37,848 nt of DNA, taken from the NCBI RefSeq assembly GCF_006345805.1, contig NW_021836816.1, forward strand, positions 1 to 37,848, written 5' to 3'. Below, in pieces: positions 24,484 through 36,828 of the stretch. A model generated the notes under the pieces. The model ran no database searches, had not been told where the DNA came from, and saw only the letters and a list, made by a program, of their open reading frames with translations. Source of the DNA: Octopus sinensis (lineage: Eukaryota). Position 1 is the first letter of the stretch, and the number at the start of each line of letters is the position of its first letter. The position numbers were made by a program, and so were the translations under genes.

Positions 24484-24514
<31 letters not shown>

Positions 24515-24661
24515 TTCATCATCATCATCATCATCTTCATCATCATCTTTATCATCATCATCATCATCATCATCATCACCATCATCATCATTATCATCAT
24601 CATCTTCATCATCTTCATCACCATCATCATCATCATCATCTTCATCATCATCATCATCATC

Positions 24662-24748
<87 letters not shown>

Positions 24749-24759
24749 TCATCGTCATC

Positions 24760-24792
<33 letters not shown>

Positions 24793-24862
24793 TTCATCAC
24801 CATCATCATCATTATCATCATCATCTTCATCATCATCATCATCTTCATCATCATCATCATCT

Positions 24863-24893
<31 letters not shown>

Positions 24894-24927
24894 CATCTTC
24901 ATCATCATCATCATCATCATCTTCATC

Positions 24928-24977
<50 letters not shown>

Positions 24978-25015
24978 CATATCATCCTCATCATCATCTT
25001 CATCTTCATCATCAC
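24484..25015. repeat. ~530-bp (CAT)n tract with CTT/CAC interruptions
   Basis: Direct inspection. Confidence 0.97.
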
Positions 25016-25279
25016 AATGGCAAGTATTCCCTCCAATGCCGCAATCATCCCTTTAAGCAACATCCAGCATAGTCTTCATCATAGCCATTGCAGTCTCTAC
25101 AACCACCGCTACCGCATCCCTTTACCACCGCCATCTCTACAACTATCTCTCCCATCATAATCACCATCATCAACAACATCACAATGACCACTACTAAGGA
25201 CAAGGCCATCACTGCAGATAACCAACCGCTTTCGTTTCCTCAACTAACAAACGAAAGCCATAACCAGTAATATTGGTCT

Positions 25280-25709
25280 GAAATTTTCGTACAAGGCCAG
25301 CAAGCTTGATCGGGAAGGTGTAAATCGATTACATCGATTCCAGTAATCAACTGATAATTATTTTATCGACTCTGAAAGGAATGAATTGCAAAGTCGAACT
25401 CGGCGGAATTTGAACTCAGAACGTAAAGACGGACGAAATGCCAGTAAGCATTTTATCCGACGCGGTAACGATTCTGCCAGATCGCTGCCTTATGTTAACT
25501 TAAATTTTGGCGTAAGGTCAGTAATTTTGAGGGAAAGGTTAAGCCGATTACATCGACCCCAGTGTTCAATTGGTACTTATTTTATCGACCCCGAAAGGAT
25601 GAAAGGCGAAGTCGACTTCGGTGGAATTTCAATTCAGAACCCGAAGACGAACGAAATGCCGCTAAGCAGTTTGCCCGGCTTGCTAATGATTCTGCCAACT
25701 CACCGCCTT
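25280..25709 (-). mobile_element. Two adjacent old SINE family A copies (about 25280-25490 and 25503-25709)
   Basis: Homology to the family A core and head. Confidence 0.85.
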
Positions 25710-25839
25710 ACCATAACCAATAATTATTCTAATAGCAATATTTTAATTATTAAAAATATATGTCCAATAATGAGATAATTGTTAAGGAAGTTGTATGGCA
25801 TTCTATTAATAACACACTGTCCTAATTTGTCAGCTCTAT

Positions 25840-26200
25840 TCATCCATCAATCTATCTATCATCTCACCCTTTTATTTCTGGGGATAGAGTCCTGTAGGGC
25901 CCAATCAGAAGCAACCATTACAGTTTTCGGTAGGATTCCTAAGCTTGATCAATTGAGATCATGGAAATTATCCAACCACCTTGTTCTTGGTCTGTCCTTA
26001 GGTCTCCTGGTGTTTAAGCAGGGATTGAAGAATCCGTCTTGCGATTCGTCCCCGCAACATCCTAATCCCATGTCTGTATTACCGAAGCTACGACCTCTCA
26101 ATGCAGAGAAGTAATGACTTGCCTTGGACAGACTCCTATATCTCCGAGCTACGTACCCTGTCATGACATCCTTCAGAGAAACCCCATTTCTGCCGCTTGT
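25840..26200 (-). mobile_element. RTE-clade LINE 3' fragment, same family as 9640-10435
   Basis: QAAEMGFL*R, RVRSSEI, LLLCIERS, RRPKDRPRTRWLD; shares TCAGAAGCAACCAT with about 9727; GATG/GATA-like tail. Confidence 0.82.
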
Positions 26201-26430
26201 TTTCTCGATTGTTTCTCGACTTTTTCGGGCCAATACTGGCCAGCGTCTTTGCGAACTGGAATCAGAATGGGAGGATCCCCAGATCTGTACGCCGGGGAGT
26301 GGTGACGCTGATCAGGAAAGACTCAGGCAAGGGGGATAGAATAGATAATTTCAGGCCCATCACCCTGCTAAACGCAGAGGTGAAGATTTTGGTCAAGGTA
26401 TTAGCGAAAAGGTTGACGCGTGTCATTCAT
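26200..26430 (+). mobile_element. L1/Tx1-clade reverse transcriptase fragment
   Basis: GRIPRSVRRGVVTLIRKDSGKGDRIDNFRPITLLNAEVKILVKVLAKRL matches the N-terminal RT subdomain motif (RPI.LLN...KI..K.LA.RL). Confidence 0.85.
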
Positions 26431-27141
26431 GAACCTAGACGAAGATATACACGAAACCCGAATTCACGATAGCGAGTTTGGCTTCTTGGGTTTTTTTTAC
26501 CAACTTCTGCTCTTCTGAGGATTGAAATCTAGAACTGGTTCATTTTTGTGCCAGCATCTGCAGTTCTAGCATCTAATCCAGCCTCCTGTATCCCATCACA
26601 CGTGAATATAATTTGATTGTTAGAATATTTTCCTCTTCTCACCAAATTGCTTGTAATTTGAACCCAACAATTCCTAAAACGTATCGTGGAGTTACTTTCT
26701 TCAAAGAATCACCGACATTATTTGGGCGAGACATCCTCAGCATTAAACTTAATTTGGAAGAAAACAGATGGCCTCCAGACTTTAAAGCTTGGTTTTAAAT
26801 CCATGACGTCTCATTAAAATTCATTTTCGACCATTAGTGGGCATCTGTGCATTCTCAAGTCGGAGTGATAGACGGGTATGTCAATAGTAGGAGAGTTTTT
26901 GATACACTATATGCATTCCCTCTCATTCATGTACTTAGATTTTCCGTATACTCTACTAGTATCTAAGTAAAATGAATATGTGACGGCTTTGAAATACTTT
27001 TAGTTAAGTTATTCAGGACGTGTAAAGCCAAGCTTGATATGTTTTTGGAAATGGTTGTGCAGATTCTGCGTCAGAAAAAAACTTCATGGTTGATGAGTAG
27101 GAAAAGTTTGACGCTCAGCATAAGATGGAAAAACGAGAGGG

Positions 27142-27178
27142 TGTATAACGTTTCGAACATGGCTCTTCGTCAGAAACA
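27142..27178 (-). ncRNA. Minimal type I hammerhead-like motif (Penelope-type)
   Basis: Minus strand TGTTT-CTGACGA-A-GAGC-CAT-GTTC-GAAAC-GTT-ATACA; downstream CTGAGCGTCAAACT resembles CTGAGCGCCATACT after the 20.4-kb motif. Confidence 0.7.
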
Positions 27179-27440
27179 AAAGAAAAGAAAGGTCCGGAGA
27201 AAGGAAAAATAAAATCCAAGAAAAGCACGTGTGTCGTTACATATGCTTATATCTATGTATGTGTGTTTTTGTGATTATGTTTCTCTCGCATCATCACTTC
27301 AACTCTGTAAGACTTTACCATTAAGAGGCGTTTACTTTGGCATGCATGTGTGTGTATGAGTGCGTGTGTGTGTATGTGTGTCTGTGTGTGTGTGTGGTGT
27401 CTATGTATGTCATACACACACACACACACACACACATATA

Positions 27441-27827
27441 TGATCACATCACCCCCAACATTTGGCCTCCTAATTCTCCAGATCTCAATCCATTAGGCTA
27501 CAATGTATGGAGCATCATTGAGAAAAATGTCAGTGAACGCTTCATCGCACCAAAGAGTCTTTGAAAGCCGCCATAGTTCGAGTCATGTCTGATATGAACA
27601 AGAACCACTTAATACGAGCTTGTAAGCGATTTCGAGCCTGCGTAAAAGCAGTTATTGATGCCAATGGTAGTTTTATTAAATGAAATTATTAAATTGATAA
27701 TTTAGCTTATGTTTATGTTATTTTTATAAAAATTATGCTATTTTATAAAAATACAATTTTGTTCTGTTATTAAATAAGCGATTTTAAAAATGATAAATCT
27801 GTCCTCAAATACCGTCCGGACCCTGTA
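27441..27827 (+). mobile_element. Tc1/maT-like transposon 3' end (transposase C-terminus and right TIR)
   Basis: NIWPPNSPDLNPLGYNVWS...IRACKRFRACVKAVIDANGSFI*; ends CGGACCCTG followed by TA. Confidence 0.88.
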
Positions 27828-27879
27828 TCTATACGTTTATACACACACATTCAATAGCACACACACACACACACACAAC

Positions 27880-27916
<37 letters not shown>

Positions 27917-28123
27917 CACACACACACTCACACACACACTCACACACACACGCACACAGAGACACATGCACACACACATGTATATGTATTTACATATGCT
28001 CACAATATATATGTATATTCATATATATTTATATGTATGTATACACACACACACACACACACACACATATAATTGAGAAACTGGAATCAACAAGAAGGGG
28101 TACGGCTGGACATTTATTTTTTA

Positions 28124-28230
28124 ATCCCTACAATTTGTTTCAACGCAACGTAGTTCTCCGGGTGTGCAGGTACTTGATTATCTAGCTGTTTCCCCGCATC
28201 ATGAGATCTAGCCGTGTTTCCTCAGGCAAA
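28124..28230 (-). ncRNA. Hammerhead-like core with long stem-II insert, in a ~275-bp microsatellite-flanked segment (28070-28345)
   Basis: Minus strand CTGAGGA-AACAC...GCGTT-GAAAC-AAATT-GTA-GGGAT; stem I is weak. Confidence 0.5.
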
Positions 28231-28341
28231 AAGTAAATACTCTCTCCGAAAGTTTAAAATCCTCCACTTCAATAACATCCTATCTGTCTGTCGTAGCCAG
28301 AACTTAGTATACTGTACTCTACTACGTTCTTAACAGAATAA

Positions 28342-28383
<42 letters not shown>

Positions 28384-28384
<1 letters not shown>

Positions 28385-28763
28385 TAGCAGTATCGCCCGG
28401 CGTTGCTCGGGTTTGTAAGGGAAATAACTATAAAGCATTTTAGAGAGTTATAGCCAAAAAACAGCAAAAAATGCATTAAAAATGGAAAAAAAATTATGGT
28501 AAATTTTTTTAAATCGTTGACTCATCGTAGACATTTTTAGAGAGTTACTTCCCTTTATTTAAAAAATATGCTTTAAAATGGAAAAAAATTATGGTAAATT
28601 ATTTTAAAAATCGTAGACTCATCGTAGACGCGCGCTAATACCTAGAAGGGCTCGATATGAATCACGACTATAAGATACCCGGTTTTGGTTAAACTGCACC
28701 GCAAAATGTGGGAGTAGTTAGGAATCTAAATCGTAGGAGACAGACAGCACACAACTTCACTTT

Positions 28764-28770
<7 letters not shown>
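28384..28770 (-). mobile_element. Non-autonomous Helitron-like element
   Basis: Minus-strand 3' end CCCGAGCAACGCCGGG hairpin, GATACTG, CTAG then T; the 5' end merges into (TA)n; internal ~95-bp duplication (28436-28630). Confidence 0.75.
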
Positions 28771-28797
<27 letters not shown>

Positions 28798-28833
28798 ATA
28801 ATCAAAATAAGCAACAAGGATATCCAAAGGTAG

Positions 28834-28921
28834 TGCAGTACAATCGTTTCTTGCGACTTCATTTAATTAAACAATGCAAGTATTACATCAGTTTTAAAAT
28901 ATAGGTCAATCTTCAGCTGCA
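28834..28921 (-). ncRNA. Type I hammerhead-like ribozyme with intact core and long stem-II loop
   Basis: Minus strand TGCAG-CTGAAGA-TTGAC...GTCGCAA-GAAAC-GATT-GTA-CTGCA: perfect 5-bp stem I and GUA cleavage triplet. Confidence 0.7.
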
Positions 28922-29073
28922 TATATATTTACTCATGCACACAATACATGTATATGCGTACTTATATATTTATATATTAATGCTTGATTGTATGTTGAGT
29001 TGCATATAGAAAGAATTTAATATTTTACTGAAGGATTTCGCAATACATTTCAGTAGGATACATATTTATTATA

Positions 29074-30153
29074 CTAGCCTTGAAGCTGCCCTTCGGGTGG
29101 AATTCAGGCTAGATCTTCCCGAGGGCACCTTTGAGGCCTTCAGCCCCACTATCAGGTCGCTTTGTGGCCCTCTACCCTTGTGTAATATAATGAACACATT
29201 CATTGCATATGTATATCCTGGTATTAATTTTCCGATGCCCCACTCCAAACTCCTTACCCGACATATATCCACACACCCATACCCAAACACTCGATATCTA
29301 TACTTCACTCGTACTCATACATAAACCCCATGTCCCATTAACTTGATCATTCAGCATGTAACGTGAATTCCATCTCTGTAACAGTGTATCAGTGTATCAA
29401 CACTTGAACCGCTTTCTACCAGCTTTGCCGATAGTCATACAAGCTAGTTTCTTGTTTGACTTACAGCTTCCTATAAGACTTACAGCTAAGTTCCCAGTCT
29501 TGAAGCCGCCCTTCAGGCGGCATTCAGGCTAGTTGGGAATTTTGTAGGATATTGAGGAAGAAAAAAGAAACTCTAGAACTCTGGGGCTGAAGGCCCAAGC
29601 ACCAATGTATAACCGGAAGAGGAAGATTAGTTTTCCACCTAGATATAAGTTTCATAAAATACAAAATATAAATACTCACACTACCACATTTGAAACGTAA
29701 CTGTTATAACTCTTTATCTTGATTTGAGTGTACCTGTAGGTATTTTTGAATGCCCAAACTTATTTCTGTAAATGTGTTAAGCAATAATACTGATCATAGC
29801 TTTATCAATAAGTATAGGAGCGGGGTGAATGCAGTAAAAATAGCGGGGTCAGTGGGATTCAATTTAAGCGGCCCTTCAGAAATTGAACCACCTTACGATA
29901 CTCCTCGGGAGTTCATGGTATGTAATTCATTGTCATTGCTCCGATTTCGTGGCCAGTACCATGTATTTAGTTAAAAATGCAGTAAAAATAAGAGGGGATC
30001 AGTGGGGCTCTAATTAGGTGACCCTTAAAAAATAGACCCTTGGGATTAGAGGAGTTGCTGTTTTGAGTTTCGTTGTCCTTGCGCAAACGGTCTAGAGGAC
30101 TTAGCGATCATAAAAGCGTAACGGACAGAGAAACATCACTCAAATTTATAAGA
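29074..30153 (-). mobile_element. Helitron-like non-autonomous element (~1.08 kb)
   Basis: Minus strand A|TCTTATAAA...hairpin-CTAG|T termini; the subterminal region resembles the end of the 28.4-kb element; internal direct repeats near 29830 and 29980. Confidence 0.6.
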
Positions 30154-30214
30154 TTAAATTTAACTAGAAAAAGGTTCATAGTGTATTCAAAGAAACTGTT
30201 TTGCTCGGTGTCAT

Positions 30215-30235
30215 TCATGCATGTATGTATGTATG

Positions 30236-30269
<34 letters not shown>

Positions 30270-30371
30270 TGTATGTATGTATGTATGTATGTACACATGC
30301 ATGCATGCATGTATGTATGCATGTATGTTTGTATTTATCTATCTGTCTATCTATCTATGTATGTATGTATG

Positions 30372-30407
<36 letters not shown>

Positions 30408-30485
30408 CATCTTTCTATCTATCTATCTGTCTGTCTGTCTGTCTATGTATTTATATATGCATACATTTCTATACAAGTGTGCATG

Positions 30486-30520
<35 letters not shown>

Positions 30521-30593
30521 ATAGATATAGATATTATGCATGTATGTATGTTTGTATGAATTTATCTACCTACCTACCTATCTACATACATAC

Positions 30594-30675
<82 letters not shown>

Positions 30676-31039
30676 GTCTGTCTATCTGTCTGTCTGTCTG
30701 TCTGTCTCTCTATCTGTCTGTTTGTCTGGCTATGTATGTATTTATCTATACATACATACATACATACATACATACACACATACATACATACATACATACA
30801 TACATACATACATACACATACATACATACATACATGCATGCATATATATACATCTGTGTGTGTGTGTGCGTGCAATATACATACACATACATATGTATAT
30901 ATATATTTGTTTGTTTCTTTTTGGTATTGATTACATTCTCATGTAGCTCCATTAGAGAATGTCACAATTATAAATGATGTGCAGTGGTGTATATAGAGTT
31001 GTTTTGTTATATTTTTCTACGTCGTGTCTATATGCATAT

Positions 31040-31075
<36 letters not shown>

Positions 31076-31505
31076 CACACACACACACACGCGCGTACAC
31101 ACACATCTGCATACTTACGAGTGTGTTTGTGTGTATGTGTGTTGTTACGCTATCATTCATTCTGCCCTTATATTTCCGGTCAAATAAACAGCGATTTATC
31201 AACTCAGCTCCACAACTCCCATGTTTACACTTTCTCGTTCCTCGTCATAAATAAATTACAATTATCATTATTAAATAAAATTATCACTATTATTATCTTT
31301 ATTATCTTTATTATCATTATTATCATTATTATCATTATTATTATTATTATTGTTATTATTATTATTGTTGTTGTTGTTGTTGTTGTTATCATTATTATCA
31401 TTATTGTTGTTGTTGTTGTTATTATTATTATTATTATTATTATTAGTATTGTTGTTGTTGTTGTTTCTGCTGTTGTTGTTGTTGTTGCCGCTGTTGTTGT
31501 TGTTG

Positions 31506-31579
<74 letters not shown>

Positions 31580-32060
31580 TCATTATTATTATTATAGTCT
31601 CATCGTGTGTGTCTTTGTATCGTTTTCCTCCTTAGTTGTCCTCATGGCAAATATAGAGTTTTCCTTCCACCTCCACCTACTCCCATCCTCCTTCTCCTAC
31701 AGTTACTTCCACCCTCTTCCTCCCCTTCCTCCTCCTCATCGTCATCATCGTCATCATCACCATCATCATCACCACCACCACCACTACCACCACCACCATC
31801 CTCATCATCATCATCATCATCATCATTATCATCATCATCGTTATTCTGTCAAAATTTATGACAATTCTTAGCATTATTTACTATCATCATCATCACAGTC
31901 TTTTCCTCATCGCCGTTATCATGATTATTCTCTTCATACTCATCATACATCATCATCATCTTCACCATTATCACTAACCCTACCACCATCATCTCTACCA
32001 CCACTACCATCATTATCATCATCATCATCATCATCGATAACACCAACAAACACCATCACA
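30215..32060. repeat. (TATG)n/(TATC)n/(TACA)n, (ATT/GTT)n and (CAT/CAC/CCT)n tracts with short unique spacers
   Basis: Direct inspection. Confidence 0.93.
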
Positions 32061-32254
32061 ACTCCACCTCCGCTGTCACAATCGCCGCCACCCCACAACT
32101 CATTTAGTTGTTTTTTTTTCGTAAAGAAATCAATCAGTTTTATTTAGTTATTTCGTACAATAATATTATTGACAGAATAACAAATGATTTCTGTAGATTC
32201 TCAACGAAACCAACAGACAACAACAACAACAACACCGATAATAATGGTGGTAAA

Positions 32255-32660
32255 GAATTTTGGCTACAGGCCAGGAATTTCAGGGAAGAGGTTAAGTAGA
32301 TTACATCGACCCACACTGCTCAATGGGTAGTTATTTTATCAACCCTTGAAAGGGATAAAAAGTATAGGGAACCTCTGTAGAATTTGAACTTAGAACGTAA
32401 AGATTGATGAAATTCCGCGAAGCATTTTGTCCGGCGCGATAACGATTCTGTTAGCTCACCGCCAATGTGCTGCATTGATAATATTAATAATCCTTTCTTT
32501 ATAAGGCACAAGGCCTGAAATTTCGGGTGGTGGGGTAGGGTGAGGGTGGGGTCAGGTGCTAAGTCGATTGCATCGACACCAGTGTTCATCTGGTACTTAT
32601 TTCATCGACCCCCGAAAGGATGAAAGGCAAAGTCAACCTCGGAGGTATTTGAACTCAGAA
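32255..32660 (-). mobile_element. Two old SINE family A copies (about 32255-32463 and 32495-32660)
   Basis: Homology to family A. Confidence 0.82.
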
Positions 32661-32775
32661 TCAATGATATTGATATTGGTAAACTGATGTTTGCTATGTA
32701 GAATGGGAGTGAGATTTCAGAAGCTACAGGTGGAGCGTTGAGTAGCAAACAGAGGGAGAAAGAGAAGGAGAGAGG

Positions 32776-32818
<43 letters not shown>

Positions 32819-33000
32819 CAACTTGCATGTTTTAAAGATGTGTATGTATGTTTGTATGAACGCATATCTGTTCATGAATAATGCATATATAAGCGTATAT
32901 ATGCGTGTATGTATATATGTATGTATGTATGTATACATATATGTCAATATGAATAAATATATGCGTATATATCAATATGAATATCTATATATATATTTAT

Positions 33001-33041
<41 letters not shown>

Positions 33042-33604
33042 ATGTGTGCATGTATTTCTGTGTGGATGTATGTATTCGTGTACATATGGAAGAAAGAAAG
33101 ACTGAGAGAGAGAGAGAGAGACAGAGAGAGAGAAACAAAATGGCAAACAGACAAACTGACAGATATTTAAATAAAATGACTAAATAGATTTATTTAAGAA
33201 TATTTGTTTGTCCATAAACCCAAAACCACAACACCAGGATAAAGAGTTATATGTTTCTTGGTTTGATTAGTTTAATATTTCATGTTATATTTTACTTTCC
33301 ATTTAATTAAACATTTCCTAATTAGCAAACATTGAAAGATGATCTCATTGTTGTTTTTTAATGCCAAGACAACGTTTTCAGACACGGTTTTCAATGCATG
33401 ACAATTCAGATGTTTTGGAAGTCTTTTTATTTTATTTTATTTTATTTCTCAGAGAAACTAAATTTATTGGCACCCGTCAATTCTTTTAGATTTTATTGCT
33501 ATTGCTGCTGACTCAGATCTTCATAGTTGGTTCGGATTCGTGCGAATTTCACCTCAAAGCAACGGTCAAGGCATTGGGGGAGGATTAGTAAGCACTATAG
33601 CTCT

Positions 33605-33828
33605 ACTCTTTTACTCTTCTACTTGTTTCAGTCATTTGACTGCGGCCATGCTGGAGCACCGCCTTTAGTCGAGCAAATCGACCCCAGGACTTATTCTTTG
33701 TAAGCCTAGTACTTATTCTATCGGTTTCTTTTGCCGAACCGCTAATTAACGGGGATGTAAACACACCAGCATCGGTTGCCAAGCGATGTTGGAGGACAAA
33801 CACAGACACACAAACATATAACACAGAC

Positions 33829-33870
<42 letters not shown>

Positions 33871-34049
33871 TATAATATATATATACGACAGGCTTCTTTC
33901 AGTTTCCATCTACCAAATCCACTCTCAAGGCTTTGGTCGGCCCGAGGCTATAGAAGAAGACACTTGCCCAAGGTGCCACGCATTGGGGCTGAACCCGGAA
34001 CCATGTGGTTGGTAAGCAAGCTACTTACTACACAGCCACTCCTGCGCCT
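33605..34049 (-). mobile_element. SINE family B, full length
   Basis: Reverse-complement homologue of 4857-5268. Confidence 0.92.
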
Positions 34050-34738
34050 ATGAAGAGGAAACGAGAAAGATATGGAGTAACTTTTACGTGAAATATCCAT
34101 GAAGACCTTGTATTAAACTTTAGTATTGAAGGCTATACTAATCCTCGAAGTGGTCGCCACTGCATTGCACCAATGGTCCTACTCCTTTCATCAAAAGTTA
34201 AGGCCAAGTACTGCAGCAGTCTACGGTTTAATGCCCCATAGCTTTTTAATAACTTTAAAAAATTATCAGCATGACTGTAGTTCAATGACTAAAATAGGTA
34301 AAAGATAAGAGAAATCTATTGGGGTTGATGTAAATAGATTCATGAAGTCCCTGGATATTAGATATCCTACTATCTGCGGTTCCAGACGAACCAACGCCAC
34401 AACATGAATGGCAGTGAAAGACAATGGTATTAAACTCCTTCATCTATCAAAAGGTTAAATATTGTAGAAACAGTACCAATTGCATAGGCGAGGCTCCAGC
34501 ATGACCGCAATCCTCAAACTGAAGCTATTTAAAGAATGAAAGAATGATAGAATGATGTTATCTAGTGAATCTTTATTTCGGACGATACCATGTGATATGA
34601 GAGAGGTTTTGCAGCTCTTTCTAGCAGATCTCTTGTTGGCTCCCGTGAATCTTGCATATTTAAAAGAGAAACCATCATTTCTGCTTTATACGTTATATTT
34701 TAATTTTCACATGACATGTAAGAATGTTTCAAATTATG

Positions 34739-34879
34739 CAATCGTAGCCAAAAGTTTCGAAGGTAGGTCTAAAAATTGGAATTTTTATATTAAATGCCAG
34801 TTATATTTGGCCAGAGCATAACAATTAGCCGTAGCAATTTCAAATTTTTAAAAATATCTAAAACTTTTGGCCACAACTG
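34739..34879. mobile_element. 141-bp Tc1-type MITE
   Basis: TIRs CAATCGTAGCCAAAAGTTT and AAACTTTTGGCCACAACTG (16/19 complementary); TA on the right, TG on the left. Confidence 0.65.
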
Positions 34880-34999
34880 TATATAGAAAGAATTCAATTT
34901 AAGTAGCTGCGTTCTGTAAGAATAGGCACACCTTTTTTTTTAATTAAGTGACAAGTTCGAATTACGCCTTTTGGTTGAGTAACTCTTCATTTATACAAC

Positions 35000-35700
35000 G
35001 GTACTACTCAATATAGTCTCTATCATAAACGATGCATTTGCGACATTGATGAACCCAACTTTCGAAATCTCTTTGAAAAAATTCAGTTGTGTACTGTAAT
35101 ATCCACTTCTTCACAACCATTTTCACCTCTTACGTGTCATCAAATCGCTCCTCCCCTGAACTGTCCTTCAATAGATCAAACAGATGGAAGTCGGAGGGTG
35201 CCAGATCTGAGCTAAGACGTCGGGTAGAGTATCACTGGCCAGTCTATTTCGCCGATTTGCCTATTTTTTGCCAAATCGAGCTGTATGTTGGATGAAGTTC
35301 ACTGACAAGCCCAATTTGCTGATTTCATGATTTATTGTCAAAGATGTGTGGTCGTGCATTGTCATGGTGAATGTTGATAATTTTTTTATTATTATTTTTT
35401 TTGATTATTGCTTGTTTTTTTTCGTCGTAATAACTTCTCTAAGCTTTTTGATTGTTTCAATGTATCGCGTGCTGTTCATAATACAGCCATGTTCCAGAAA
35501 ATCAAGGAGAATGGCACCTTAATCATTCTCATATCAACTACAATGACTTGCTGTGCTGATCGCTGGTTCTTGAATTTCTTAGGCCTCGGAGAAGGGTGAT
35601 GTCATATCATAGACTGAACCGCTGTTTCCAGATCATAAAGCTATGGAAACGATTCATTCCCTGTCACCATATGAGGGAAAAACAAAACAAACAACAAAAC
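35000..35700 (-). mobile_element. mariner transposase relic (catalytic domain)
   Basis: MVTGNE, SPRPKKFK, ILLDFLEHG, HHDNARPH, SSDLAPSDFHLF, RKCIVYDRDYIE. Confidence 0.88.
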
Positions 35701-35779
35701 CAAAAAAAAAAAAATCGTGCCTTCAAACGTTTCCAGCGATATTTCTTGCGGTTCTTCATATTTTGTTTCCTAATAACAA

Positions 35780-35900
35780 TTGAAATCAACTTTGCCTTTC
35801 ATCCTTTGGGAGTCGATAAAATAAAATAGCAGTTAAAAAAATGATCAATACTCTCGACAGACCCTTCAATACAAAATCACTAGCCTTGTGCTTAAATTAC
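35780..35900 (+). mobile_element. SINE family A fragment
   Basis: ACTTTGCCTTTCATCCTTTGGGAGTCGATAAA...GCCTTGTGC. Confidence 0.7.
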
Positions 35901-36187
35901 TACATCAGTCTAACATTGTAATCTTTTAGCATGCTGAGTTATGGAGAGCTGCTCTGCTGGAGCAGAGCAAAATAACTGTTGTAACTGACTGGCGCAAACA
36001 TTTGTTTGCAGTTTCCAGCAGTGATCAAACAGTTTTTATTGAGGAAGGACTGATTTTAAAAATTAAAATGCTATACGACTACTTCAAAATAGCAGAGATC
36101 TTGTTGTCTATACAGAATCCATCTCAGGTCTTTGGTCCAAAGGGTACACATTTGTGCATAAGGTAAAAGACCACGCCATAGAGTAAT

Positions 36188-36828
36188 AAAATACGAATCA
36201 ACATGGCTTATGGAAATAAGGTGACGAGCTCGTAGAATCATTAAGCCCGCCAGGGAAAATACCAAATGACATTTCGTCTGTTACTACGTTCCGAGTTCAA
36301 ATTCCGCCGAGGTCGACTTTGCCTTTCATCCTTTCGGCGTTGATATAAGTACCACCAGAGGACTGGGTCGATGTAAACTTGCTGACCTTGTGCCAAAATA
36401 CGAATCAATATGGCTTATTGAAATAAGGTGACGAGCTGGCAGAATCATTAGCTCGTCAGGGAAAATGCTAAGGGGCATTTCGTCCGTCACAACGTTCCGA
36501 GTTCAAATTCCGCCGAGGTCGACTTTGCCTTTCATCCTTTCGGCGTTGATATAAGTACTACCAGAGGACTGGGTTGATGTAAACTTGCTGGCCTTGTGCC
36601 AAAATACGAATCAATATGGCTTATTGAAATAAGGTGACGAGCTGGCAGAATCATTAGCTCGTCAGGGAAAATGCTAAGGGGCATTTCGTCCGTCACAATG
36701 TTCCGAGTTCAAATTCCGCCGAGGTCGACTTTGCCTTTCATCCTTTCGGCGTTGATATAATAAGTACCACCAGAGGACTGGGTCGATGTAAGCTTGCTAG
36801 CCTTGTACCAAAATTTGAAACCAATATG
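36188..36828 (+). repeat. Three tandem ~207-bp units, each a SINE A copy plus ~30-bp flank
   Basis: Units start at 36188, 36395 and 36601; they share private changes such as CGGCGTTGATATAA and CCAGAGGACTGGG. Confidence 0.93.

Noticed and set aside
24445-24980. Poly-Met ORFs resembling Met-rich proteins such as reflectin
   Set aside because: Pure (ATG)n microsatellite with no reflectin motif and no Tyr/Arg/Asp content.
26470-27060. Possible coding remnant
   Set aside because: The frames I translated had stops and no recognisable motif.
36188-36828. CRISPR-like array
   Set aside because: Units are 207-bp SINE copies without unique spacers, in a eukaryotic context with no cas genes.
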